DNA of 64,000 bases from Azolla caroliniana (taxonomy: Eukaryota > Plantae > Polypodiophyta). The notes under the pieces were generated by a model that did no database searches, was not told where the DNA came from, and was given only the letters and a program-made list of their open reading frames with translations. The stretch's first letter is position 1. Every line of letters starts with the position of its first letter. Positions 49,864 to 60,713 of the stretch are shown here, in pieces. The translations under genes and the position numbers were made by a program. The DNA lies in the NCBI GenBank assembly GCA_043228905.1, contig JBHGNT010000012.1, positions 10,478,001-10,542,000 on the forward strand. Reading direction: 5' to 3'.

Positions 49864-52268
49864 ATGGAGGTGTTTCAGAGTATGCTGGATCTGCTCGTCC
49901 CACCTGTTGCTTTCTGCTTCCTTGTGTTCTGCCTGCCCACCATTTACTTCTTCCGGATTGCCAAGCGCTTCCTTGCATTCTTCTTGAAAGAGAATGTGAG
50001 AGGAAAAGTGGTCCTCATCACAGGTGCTTCCTCCGGCATCGGCGAGGTAATAATGCCGTTCATATCTATTATGGCTTTCGCCCCCCGAATTTTGTTTGGT
50101 TCCTCCCATAATATCTTTGTTATCTATCTATTATGATAATTGCTTTTTTAGCGATTGAGTTTTTGGATATATTAATTGTATTTCTAGTATTTAGAATCTA
50201 TGATCATTGTTTTCTGTGGGGGTTCCTTCTTGCATGAAATACACACATGGACTAAAATCTGTAGCAGATAGTAAGTATGTGGACTAATATCCGTTTGGTT
50301 CGATTTTGTGGACTATGTTAGCTTGTAGTTTGTTGGTGATTAATGAATTAAGATATATTTGGAGGCAACAATCCGTACTGGATAATTTGTAAGTAATCAT
50401 AATTTGTCAGTAGTCATGTCTAGTGTTTAATTTTTTTCTCTTGTTAGTGTATGGATATACGACCATGCAAGAAATGGTAATATATTCGAGTTGCCTCCCA
50501 TAATTATGTCGGATCTAAATCTTTTGTCTCTAGCATATCGTGTGAAAAACAAACCCTAATATCATGCTGAGAAATGTTAATATATTATATTCGAGCTATG
50601 ATTCTCCCATAATCATGTCATAACTAAAAATTTTGTCTCTAGCATATTGTGTCGAAAACCCTAATATGTTGCTTATGTATATTTTGTATGTTAATATATA
50701 ATATAACGCCTGTCCTTCCATCTTGCCTTTTTCACATTCTTGTCTTGATAATGAGTTGTTTTGTGTTGTGCTGTTAAAATGATAAAACACAAACAGCAAG
50801 TAGCTTATCAGTATGCACGCCGTGGTGCAATCCTAGTCCTTGTGGCTCGTAGAGAAGAGAAATTGAAGGCAGTCGCCGAGCGAGCTCGGAAACTAGGAGC
50901 TAAACACACTCATTACTTCATGGGAGATGTCGCAAAGGAAGCCGATTGCAAGCGTTTCATCGATGAAACAATCCATAGATATGGGCGTTGTAAGCACACA
51001 ACAACGTTCTCATAGCAATTAAGTTAATCTAATCTTATTGTATTATTACCTCTTCTTTTGTTAAATCTCTTCTTCTTTTGTTCATTTCCTCCTAGTGGAT
51101 CATCTGGTAAATAATGCTGGAATATCTCATAGCTTTCTCTTCGAAGAAGCGGTTGACATATCTTCTTCATGTAGTCCAATCATGGTAAGAAAAAGAAACT
51201 CTTGGTGAATTGATGAATGTCAAATCTTTATAGTAGCTGGGCACGCGGGGTACATATTTTTGAAATGATAGAATATAGGTGGAAATCTCTAGAATATTGG
51301 GCTTTTAAGGCGAATCATTTCATAGATGTTACTATTATGTGACAATCGTTTTGATGTTATGATTATATAAATTTTCTCTATATCAAATAAGAGAATTGAT
51401 AGAAGAATGTGGTATAAATGATGAAATTTACAATCTTTACTTTTGTCCTTGGTAGGACATCACATTTTGGGGGAACATCTACACAACATTTTATGCCTTA
51501 CCTCACCTCAGGCGTTCGAGAGGGAAGATAATTGCAAATTCGTCTGTCGTGGCATGGCTACCGGTTCCAAGAATGAGCATATATAACGTAAGTAGTAAGG
51601 ATCAAATTGTATGATGGTTTTTCTTATCTTTTCTTATTTTCTCTATGGGTTTGGATCTTACATAAATAAATGGAATGTGAAGGCGGCAGAGGCAGGGATA
51701 TTCAATTTCTATGAGACATTGAGAGTCGAGGTTGGGCCGGCTGTGGGTATCACAATTGTCACTCCGGGATACATTGAGAGCGAGATGACAAAGGGGAAGT
51801 TCATGACCCGGGAAGGGAGGCTCGTAGTTGATGATGAGCTTCGCGATGTAAGTAGCAAAATTTGAAGAAAGGAACTAAATTTTCTTGTTTAATTGGAATT
51901 TGTGATCTTTACGTAGTATAAATCATCATAATCTTTTTTGTTTGGATTATGCATGGACTTTTCTAAGTGATCAATGTTACTCGTTTTAGATCCAAGTTGG
52001 TCCTTGGCCTGTTGAGTATGCAGAGAATTGTGCCAAGGCCATCGTGAATGGTGCAGTGAAAGGGATGAGGTATGTCCAAGTCCCAAGTTGGTACAACACC
52101 TTCTTCGTGTATAGATTGTTTGCACCGGAGATCCTCGATTGGTTTTACCGATTGCTATATATTCAAAAGTCTCCCCAAGGGAAGCCTTACACAAAGACAA
52201 TCTTGGATGTAACTGGCGCCAAGTCCATTCTTTACCCCCCCTCCATTCAAGGCGTGAAACCGCAATAG
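49864..52268 (+). CDS. HSD: Steroleosin / 11-beta-hydroxysteroid dehydrogenase-like SDR, 346 aa
   Basis: Exons 49864-50046, 50797-50989, 51096-51184, 51456-51587, 51683-51847 and 51990-52268 (1041 nt, GT-AG, in frame). Hydrophobic proline-knob anchor LVPPVAFCFLVFCLP; ITGASSGIG; LVARR; LVNNAG; VPRMSIYNAAE; TPGYIESEMTKGKF; LDVTGAKSILYP. Confidence 0.93.
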
Positions 52269-52467
52269 ATAGAAGGAAGGTAAAAAGAGTACATAAAAGA
52301 GTTACTAGGACCAACCAACAAAGAAATTTAAAAGTTAAATAAAAAGTAGAGTTACTAGAACCAACAAAAGTTGAACTTTGTGTTTACATTCTTATGGCAT
52401 ATATATATATATATATATATGGTTCTTGAGTAGGAAGACTTATAATATTTCTTGAACATTACTTCGT

Positions 52468-53020
52468 AACGAAGAATGGTTATCAAATGTTGTAAATTTT
52501 GCTCACATGAGCATACGAAGAATGGTTATCGCATGTTGTAAATTTTGCTCACATGAGCATATGTTTGTTTTATATGCTACTGTGTAAATAAAAAAGTTTT
52601 AATTTTAGTATGACAATGCAAATTTGTGTGTAGCTTCTCGTTGCCTTACTTGGTTTATTATTGAAACCATCTAGAGTGTAAAATTTGCTCACATGACCAT
52701 ATAAATGTTTTATATGCTAGTGTGTAAATAAAGAAGTTTCATCAATGTATGATAATGCAAATTTGCGTGCCGAAGCTTCTCGTTGTTTTACTTGGTTTAT
52801 TAATGCAACCATCTCGTGTAAGCTTTGCTCACATAAGCATATGTTTGTTTTGTATGCTATTGTGTAAATGAACAAGTTTCAATCTTTGTATGATAATGCA
52901 AATTTGCGTGTCGAAATTTCTAACCTTGGTTTATTATTACATGAGCATATGTTTGTTCTACAATCTTCGTATGATAATGCAAATTTGTGTGTCAATCTCG
53001 TTGCCTTTCGTGGTTTATTG
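52468..53020. repeat. Local tandem repeat (~145-bp unit, 3-4 copies) downstream of HSD
   Basis: Recurring GTAAATTTTGCTCACATGAGCATATGTTTGTTTTATATGCTA...GTATGATAATGCAAATTTG(C/T)GTG...CTTGGTTTATT, plus a ~46-bp perfect-ish duplication at the start. Confidence 0.85.
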
Positions 53021-54001
53021 TAGGAATCGTCTCTAGACAATATTGACAAGTTGTATTGTATGGTTACAAGCTCAAAGCTCCCATGTTCTCTACATCAAAC
53101 ATACCATAAACGATGGTGCTCTTTGCGTTTTCTCTTCTTAATGTGGACAAAAATGTTTTTTAAGTAGGGGATGGTGCTATACTTGAGCAAACGTTCTCTC
53201 GTTGTAAATATGTACCTGGAATGTTTGTATAATTTTGTGTGATTCATACAACCCATCACATTAATGGCAGCGATGGGATGGGATAGTATATTTGTATGGA
53301 TAGGAGGAGGTGATTATAGTTTCAATGAGTTTCTTCATGTAACTACACACTATTGGATATTTGCTCATTCCAGTTTATTTTCCATGGAGATTTACCTTAC
53401 AATAGACATTGAGAGAAACATGAGAGTGAGACACAAACAACATCTGATAAATGGGTGTCCAAACATTACTTTAGGGTAATAAAAGCAATAATTATAGCTA
53501 CCAGCTAAAAGAGAAGTTGAATTTCCCTGTGCATTTGGTTTCCTTAATACAGTTAAGCAAATGATCTGAATTATGAGAAGACACACGGCTCTAGAGAGAG
53601 AGAGAGATGGAACCCTTATGTGCAGCAAACACAGACCCTGGTGGTGTGCATTTTGCTTGCACCTAGAGCAAGTTGCCCTTCATGCTGTCTCTAGTTTAGC
53701 GTTTCATCTGATGTTCTCAGATCCAGTTTTATATATCAATTTTGTTTTGGTCTACACAGTATTTTGTTTGATTCTTGCTTTTGTATGTATTTTCCTGGAA
53801 CACAATCATGGGTAATCTGATAAATTCAGAAGAATTCAAGTGTCCAAAATTAAGAAGTTAGTTAACTGATGTAAAGCCATCATTAATTAAGAGGAGCTAA
53901 TTCTCATTCAACAATTGTAAGGTTAAGGCTTCATTCACGTTATAAATCCTTTTGATGCTAACCACATGATATAATTTGCTCAACTGTTATATATATGGTT
54001 A

Positions 54002-54871
54002 TCAGCAACATTCTTCACATTTGAAATCTACATTGCAATGCCTTATGCTACCCTCAAACAAGAAGTTTGAATGGGATAAGGACCACCGCGGTTGTTGTGA
54101 ATGAACATTATAATGTGAGCCAATATCGGAATAATCATTCCTGGTAACTAGACACGCATTATCATCCAAGTCAATGAGCTCTCCCAAGCTCAACCTACAA
54201 TTGCCTGAGCCATGTAGCTTTCCCAAGGTTTGCAAGAGCCCTTCTCTCCACACAATCCTCTTCACATGGTGGCCCGCTTGGTGGATCTGCCCAGACGAGC
54301 TCGCTTCGTCATCACCATGGTGCTTATAATTGGGACCATCGGTCCGCGTTACAAATACATAGTCCGAATCTGTTTGGGCCCAATCTGGAGAAAGAGGATT
54401 ACCTTCACCAAGCTTAATCTTAGCGGAGAGGTCACTAAGTTTTGTCTCGGCACAGCTCACATGGACTGAATCATCTCCGTTGCGCTTTCTTAGGGCAGAC
54501 ATCGCATTGTCGGGATTATCTTTTGTAAGTTCCACGTTGGGCAAGCTTGTCACCTCGATGAAATGGTCACGGAGCTCGGAGGTATATATCGCCGCATGGT
54601 CATGATGAGAGGGTGAAGTAGTGGCAATCATGGGTTTGGTTTGATTAGGGGAGGAAGTTTGGAGGGAATGGTAATTATGTTGAATATTATTGTGAGGAGG
54701 AGATGAGGTTGTGAAGGTATTGAAGTGATGGTTGTGGGAAGAGGTGTTAGAAAGGTAGTGCTTGAATCTCTTGAGGAAGGGTGGGAGGAGAAGGTGGGAA
54801 GGAAAGCACCCATGCCATTGTTTCTTAACCTTCCCAAACTCTGGGCTAACACTGGGGTTGATGAGAGTCAT
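54002..54871 (-). CDS. Intronless 289-aa protein of unknown function
   Basis: Long ORF in otherwise AT-rich DNA; CCACCATG start preceded by a CT-rich, GA/GT-microsatellite leader; His/Ser-rich N-terminal half; no TE motifs recognised. Confidence 0.55.
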   Translation of the reverse strand: MTLINPSVSPEFGKVKKQWHGCFPSHLLLPPFLKRFKHYLSNTSSHNHHFNTFTTSSPPHNNIQHNYHSLQTSSPNQTKPMIATTSPSHHDHAAIYTSELRDHFIEVTSLPNVELTKDNPDNAMSALRKRNGDDSVHVSCAETKLSDLSAKIKLGEGNPLSPDWAQTDSDYVFVTRTDGPNYKHHGDDEASSSGQIHQAGHHVKRIVWREGLLQTLGKLHGSGNCRLSLGELIDLDDNACLVTRNDYSDIGSHYNVHSQQPRWSLSHSNFLFEGSIRHCNVDFKCEECC

Positions 54872-56548
54872 GGTGGAGGAGGAGAAGAAAAGGAAAGGAG
54901 AGGAAAGGCCAAAACCCTTTACCTTACTTCACACACTCTCTATGGTCAGCATTTACGTATATCTCCCTTGTTAAGTAGCTTTCATTTCCCTCTCCCAAAT
55001 TCCAATCTCTCTCTCTCACACACACACACACACTTTGTGACTCAATACCCCCTTGTTAATTAGCCCCCAAACACAAACAACAAGTCGTCGAGAGCGTTCA
55101 ACTAGCTTAACTAGCTTTCATCATCAATGGTACCCATATCTTGCCATCTAGAAGAACCAAAGGATCCTAAGCACACATGTTAAGGCCCCAGAAACCAAGA
55201 AAGTGGGAAGAAAATAAATAACAAATGAGCTATATCTTATGGGCCACGTTTCTGACATGGTTTTGGACTCCGCGGAGGGAAATCGGCAATTTCGAAAAAT
55301 TGGAGGGAACTTGAATGTTTAGAAGCAAAAAGCAAAACAAAGTTTGTACCCAAAAAAAGTACATGTACCCCTCATATTTACAATTGTCACTACATGAACA
55401 TGTATGTAAAATGCAAAAGACAACGGACCCGAGGTAACATCGAATCAATTGCAAACATATTATATCATACTTGAAAATGAACAAGAAATGAAAAATTAGG
55501 AATGCAATAATGTGATAAGTAGAGATCGAGGAGGTGTTTTGCTCAGCAATAATGGGACCACTCTAATAGCATAAAGTGAATGTGAGGAGATCTTATAGCA
55601 AATCTTCTCAAATACCATGTTCTTCAATGGGGGCAGTGTGTGTACTCGAAGGGAGATCCAAGTTCAATGCTCCTTTTATAGTTCCTTAAAATATCCTTCC
55701 GATTAAAAATTTGCATGGAAGTTGAATTTTTTACCCTAGCATCCAAGCTAAGTCAATAGGCTAAGAGTTGCTCTATCCCACTTACCTAGAGAGTGGGTTT
55801 TCCCCTACAATTTAGTAGCCCTCGAAATGGAGGTGTTTGTAGGAAAGGAAATTCAAGCTAAACTTTTTGGAAATCTCTTCAAATATGAGAAATCAATCCA
55901 AACCTAAGTGTACTAAAAAGCTTAGTGGTATTGAAAAGGTATGAATGACCATGACAATAATCACAACTTGCTAAAAAAGAAAGAGACAAATTTTGTGAGA
56001 ATCAAAAGCTTAATAGTATTGAAAAGGCAAGAGTGACAATGATGGTAATCATAGCTTTTTGAACAAGATTTACCAATGGTAACTTTACTCTATGTTGACT
56101 AGAGATAATTGGAACAACTAACTATGTGAATATTTGGTCGTGACTCATGATGTAGAGATGACACCCAAATTTAGAGGTATATCAACTAATGTTTCCATAT
56201 TTTATATTGAAAGTGTATATCTTCCGTTTCTCTAATTCATTTAATCATAAACTTTCACACGATCCATTCTCTTTCTTTATTCATAGGTTTTGGTAGTTGC
56301 ATAAACCACAAGAGTAATGATCATAATTGAAAAAAAAACATTGTAAGTAATTCATTGGGATTTCGTATTTAAGAGACATATTTATATATAATTCTTATGT
56401 ATACTTGACCTTATAACAACACAAACAACTTCCATGGAAACTGTCTTTCACTTTGAACTAATATTATAGATTTCCTTAGGATTCATATAAGCAATGCAAG
56501 ACTTGTCACTTAATGTCCATTTTTTCTACCATGTTGGATTGTACAACA

Positions 56549-57003
56549 TGTTACATGCATGACCACATAATATCTCGTGGTAAGTTGTACCGTAATATTC
56601 TACACACGAGGATAACTTGTGAGGGTTAACCGAGAGTGTAAAGAAGGGAGGATTACTTTTAATACTAGGGATTGAGACAACGCATTAAGGCCAAGTGTGA
56701 ACTTGCCTAAGGGCCTTAGGTCTGGCTATAAATATGAGGCCTAACTGCCCTCATTTGATATATTATCGACTACGTTGACACTTTGATCTTGTGGTGATGA
56801 ACTCTTTTAGCGAGTGCGCAAACACCAGGTGCGACTTGATTCCACGACTGTGGTATGGGACACCAATCGAAGCTCGAGTTCGTTTCAATCGCATCGCTTG
56901 GGGGTGGCCGGGTGGATCAACACCCTTCTTTCTCTCTCTCCTTTCTTCTCTATCTATCTATTATTTCCTTATCGTATGCTTACATTAGGATTCAACTCTA
57001 ACA
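56549..57003 (+). mobile_element. Solo LTR of the G1 family (455 bp)
   Basis: TGTTAC..CTCTAACA; reverse-complement homolog of 18375-18826; TSD CAACA/AAACA. Confidence 0.88.
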
Positions 57004-57851
57004 AAACACAAGTTATTAAATCTCTTTTCCTTTACAAATTAAGCAAACGCTTTATATGTATATCACGAAATGTGGAAGTGGTAGAATCAATCATGTCTTG
57101 ACCATGTAACTAGTCGCCAAAGTCTTTTGTTGAGAAATACATGTGGATATTATTTTTGTGGCATTTACTTACAAAACATTCAAATTATACTCAAAGTATA
57201 AATGTTATGAGATGCAAAAGTTAAGTAACTTCATTACCTTAATGTGCGCTTAGTTTCAAGGGTTTTAAAACCCTTGATCTCTAAGCACTCTAGCACACGT
57301 GCACTAATATATTCACTTTTAGGAGACATTATTCTATTCATTTGATGTGGATCTTAATGTTTGAACTTTGTTGTATTTTTTTGCTAACTAATGCGAAGTA
57401 GTGTTTTTTTGGTAAAAATAAAAAATAAAAAAGATCAATGGTTTGTTGAACTTTGCAAGGCAAGGCATAACTTACGAGGGAAGTAATATTTCTTTTGCAT
57501 AGCTAGTTAGCAATAAATAAATACAAAACCAAACATGATTGCATGTTTTTAAATATCCCATCAATAAATAATTGTATAATTCTAATGTGAACATGATCCA
57601 AATAAAAGAATATTCTATCAATACTTTTTGTTGTTTACTATTGGCAAAACAAGAGAATGCGCAGTCATTTGCTCTTTGTTTAACTACCACAAGTTGATTG
57701 CTTTCAAATTGGAATGTTACATAATCACCTTTGACATATCACCATATATACCATTAAGATACTACATGCCATTCATTAAGCAAAAATGTTGCTTTTGTTA
57801 TTTAGTAAAATAGATATCCTATATTAAGAAAGGACAATTGGTATTAGCAAT

Positions 57852-58840
57852 TAGGAATCGACAATGGTTCGGTTTAGGCTTAACCGGTTTGGCATTATCC
57901 AAGCCAAACCGGTTAAGCCTAAACCGTCTCAAACCTGAACCGAACCAATCCCTATACCAATTTGGGAACTAGTTTGTGAACTGATTTGAGACAAAAAAGC
58001 TTTAGAGGAAGAAATCCAAAAAACACCACTACCACTTCCTCCTATTCTTCTTCTACTCCTCATAACTCCCACCCCCTCAGCCTTACCACTGATGAGTCCG
58101 AATTCAACTTCCCACCTCCATGACTCCCCCTCCGTAGACTAGTATGATTGGTCGGTGAACATCCATGAATCCACTCGAACCACGAGCCCCGAGGCTATGG
58201 CATACTCTCAGTCTCAATGATCCAATCCTTCTCCAAATTTGACATTGACCCCCCACACCCATCCTCCTCATCTTCCTTTGTAGATTGCTATCGTCCGACC
58301 CTTGAGCACCTCCAATATAGCGAGATCATGACGAGAGGGTCAATGTAACCCTTTCCGGACCTCAATATGTCCATTCTTGAACGCTATTGCCCATCCCTCA
58401 ACCACATTCACGTTGAGTTTCCCATTTCCTAGGTCCTAGGTTCAACTTAGAGAGATTTCGAACTAAAAGTTCACCTATATGTACAGAACAAATGTATATA
58501 ACAACAAGAAAGAGGTTCTTGTGATCGTCCACTATGTAGGCTCTCTCTCCCTCTCTCTCATCACTCAATAGTCATTGCCTATGGCTTCCTGTCAGCCTCT
58601 CTCTCACGTTCTAAGTTCTAAGTTCTAACCATCTAAATTTTAACTTTCTAAACTCTAATTATTAAATCACATAAACAACTTAAACAATTTGAGCCTGTTT
58701 GGCAAGGCTCAAGCGAACCTGAGCTAAGCTCAAATTGTTTAGGTAGGCTCTGCTACGTCGAGTCGAGTCGAGCTGCGAAGCCATTTTAATCCAGTTTAGC
58801 TAAACGGTTTAGGCTTGAGCTGAGCCGTTACTAATCCCTA
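57852..58840. mobile_element. Non-autonomous hAT-type DNA transposon (~990 bp)
   Basis: Imperfect TIRs TAGGAATCGACAATGG / CCGTTACTAATCCCTA; 8-bp TSD TTAGCAAT/TTATCAAT; subterminal AAACCG/GAGC repeats. Confidence 0.75.
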
Positions 58841-59105
58841 TTATCAATACAAGGTCACTTTGATGCTATTAGAAATATCTACATTATAAATTTACTAGTC
58901 GATAGAGACAGTCGTAAAGTTTGTACCTATATCAAAATTTGATATAATCCAGTTTAGCTAAACGGTTTAGGCTTGAGCTGAGCCATTACTAATCCCTATT
59001 ATCAATACAAGGTCACTTTGATGCTATTAGAAATATCTACATTATAAATTTACTAGTCGATAGAGAAAGTCGTAAAGTTTTTACCTATATCAAAATTTGA
59101 TATAA
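58787..59105. repeat. 158-bp tandem duplication spanning the right hAT end and its flank
   Basis: 58787-58944 is repeated at 58945-59102 with few mismatches. Confidence 0.9.
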
Positions 59106-59689
59106 AGAAAAATATCATAAATGGTTAGAGACAATAACTAGAAGTGATATGTTATGCACATATAACATAGGTGAGGGTCGTCCACTAATATTTACAAAAC
59201 ATAATGTTAGAAAATGGACTAATGTGATTGGATAGAAGGAATGATAGGTGCATGCATGCACTATCATGATCTTAACAACCAATAAATGGGTAGTCTCTTA
59301 AAAAAACACATCTATTCGAGGGGTTTACAAAGAAGTATATAAATATTAGGCTTAACTACCCTTATAAAACACATTACGTCAAAAGGCCTGGGTTTTTGTC
59401 GCAATGATCGTGTTACCTATTCCAAGGTACTTATCCTAATATCCATCAACATGGGATGTTGGTGGTAGATGGGTTATGTCCTGATCATAGCTTATATATA
59501 CACACACATAAATAAGTAAATAAATATATGTATCTATATTTATAGATGTGTGTGTGTGTGTGTGTGTAAAGGGTTTGTCGAGGAGGGAAAACATGTACTT
59601 AAGAATTTTAATTAAGAAAACATGTACTTAAGAATTCTAATTACAAAAACATTATGTATTTAAACTTCGACCTTGACTCAATCAACTTG

Positions 59690-59890
59690 GACAAATACTT
59701 TGTGTTTAGGCATTGACTAACATTTTTTAGCTTGAGATACATAATTTGGATGTTCAAACAATGTTCCTACATGGTAACTTACCCAAACGAATCTACATGC
59801 CATGACCTCTTGGATTTGAGTTAAATTTACAACGGAACTATGTATGTCGACTCCACCAATAGCTCTATGAACTTGAAGAATCTCCTTGAT
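59690..59890 (+). mobile_element. Highly decayed Copia RT relic
   Basis: From 59731: LEIHNLDVQTMFLHGNLPKRIYMP*PLGF, then LYELEESP (compare MDVKTAFLHG and LYGLKQSP). Confidence 0.65.
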
Positions 59891-60360
59891 CATAATTTAA
59901 CAAATATAACAACGACATGCTTTATGAAGGTGTTGTAGATTAATATGCCAACAAAATATTTACATTAGACATAACCATACATCTATTCAACTTTTGGTAG
60001 TAGCATTGTCGTTATGTGGGGAGCTCACGAGAGGATATGCATCCAACTCAAGATATATGAACGGTTGAATGGTAGGGCAAAAGTACGACAAGAAGGACAT
60101 GACATAAGATGAGCCTTAAGACAACAAATGATATAACTTAATTAACAAGAGCTTATTCTCAGAACAAGGAAAGGTTAAGTGTTCAAATTCTACAGAGGCA
60201 TTATGTGGACTTCAATTGGTCAAACAAAGGAAATGTGAATGGATGGACATGTTGATTCATATTTTTCTCACACCAAGAGCCCTAAGAAGTTAAGTATATG
60301 AGCATGCAAAAATGAAAAGATGAAGTGCATGGCAAAAAAGGAATGTTATTTTTTTTGGTA

Positions 60361-60713
60361 TGAGGAGCTTGTCGAGGAATACGCTGAATAATCTCCGGCA
60401 ACAACCGAAGGGTAAATCACTTTATACAGTCGAACACAGAAGAAATGGGAATGGAGGTAAGTGCACGAACAATCAAGAGAGAATACACAGGATATTAACG
60501 TGGAAAACCCTGAGAGGGAAAAACCACAGGAGTCCACAGACTCCAAACTATCACTATGTAAAGTAATACAATAGGGAGCACAGAGGCAACGACCTCTTGC
60601 TCACAATCTTCGCCTCACGGTGGTTACAACAGAGACACAATCTCTGTATGTCGCTCTCTCTCTCTCTCTTACGCACTATATAGGAGTTACACGAATAACT
60701 CTATCATCATCGT
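60361..60713 (-). mobile_element. Partial Copia family 2 LTR interrupted by Copia D
   Basis: TGAGGAG start; ACGTGGAAAACC, CCACAGGAG, AACTATCACTA and GAGGCAACGACCTC shared with 24398-24907. Confidence 0.8.

Noticed and set aside
53585-53700. Possible miRNA precursor hairpin
   Set aside because: Pairing is weak and partly driven by a GA microsatellite; no conserved plant miRNA recognised.
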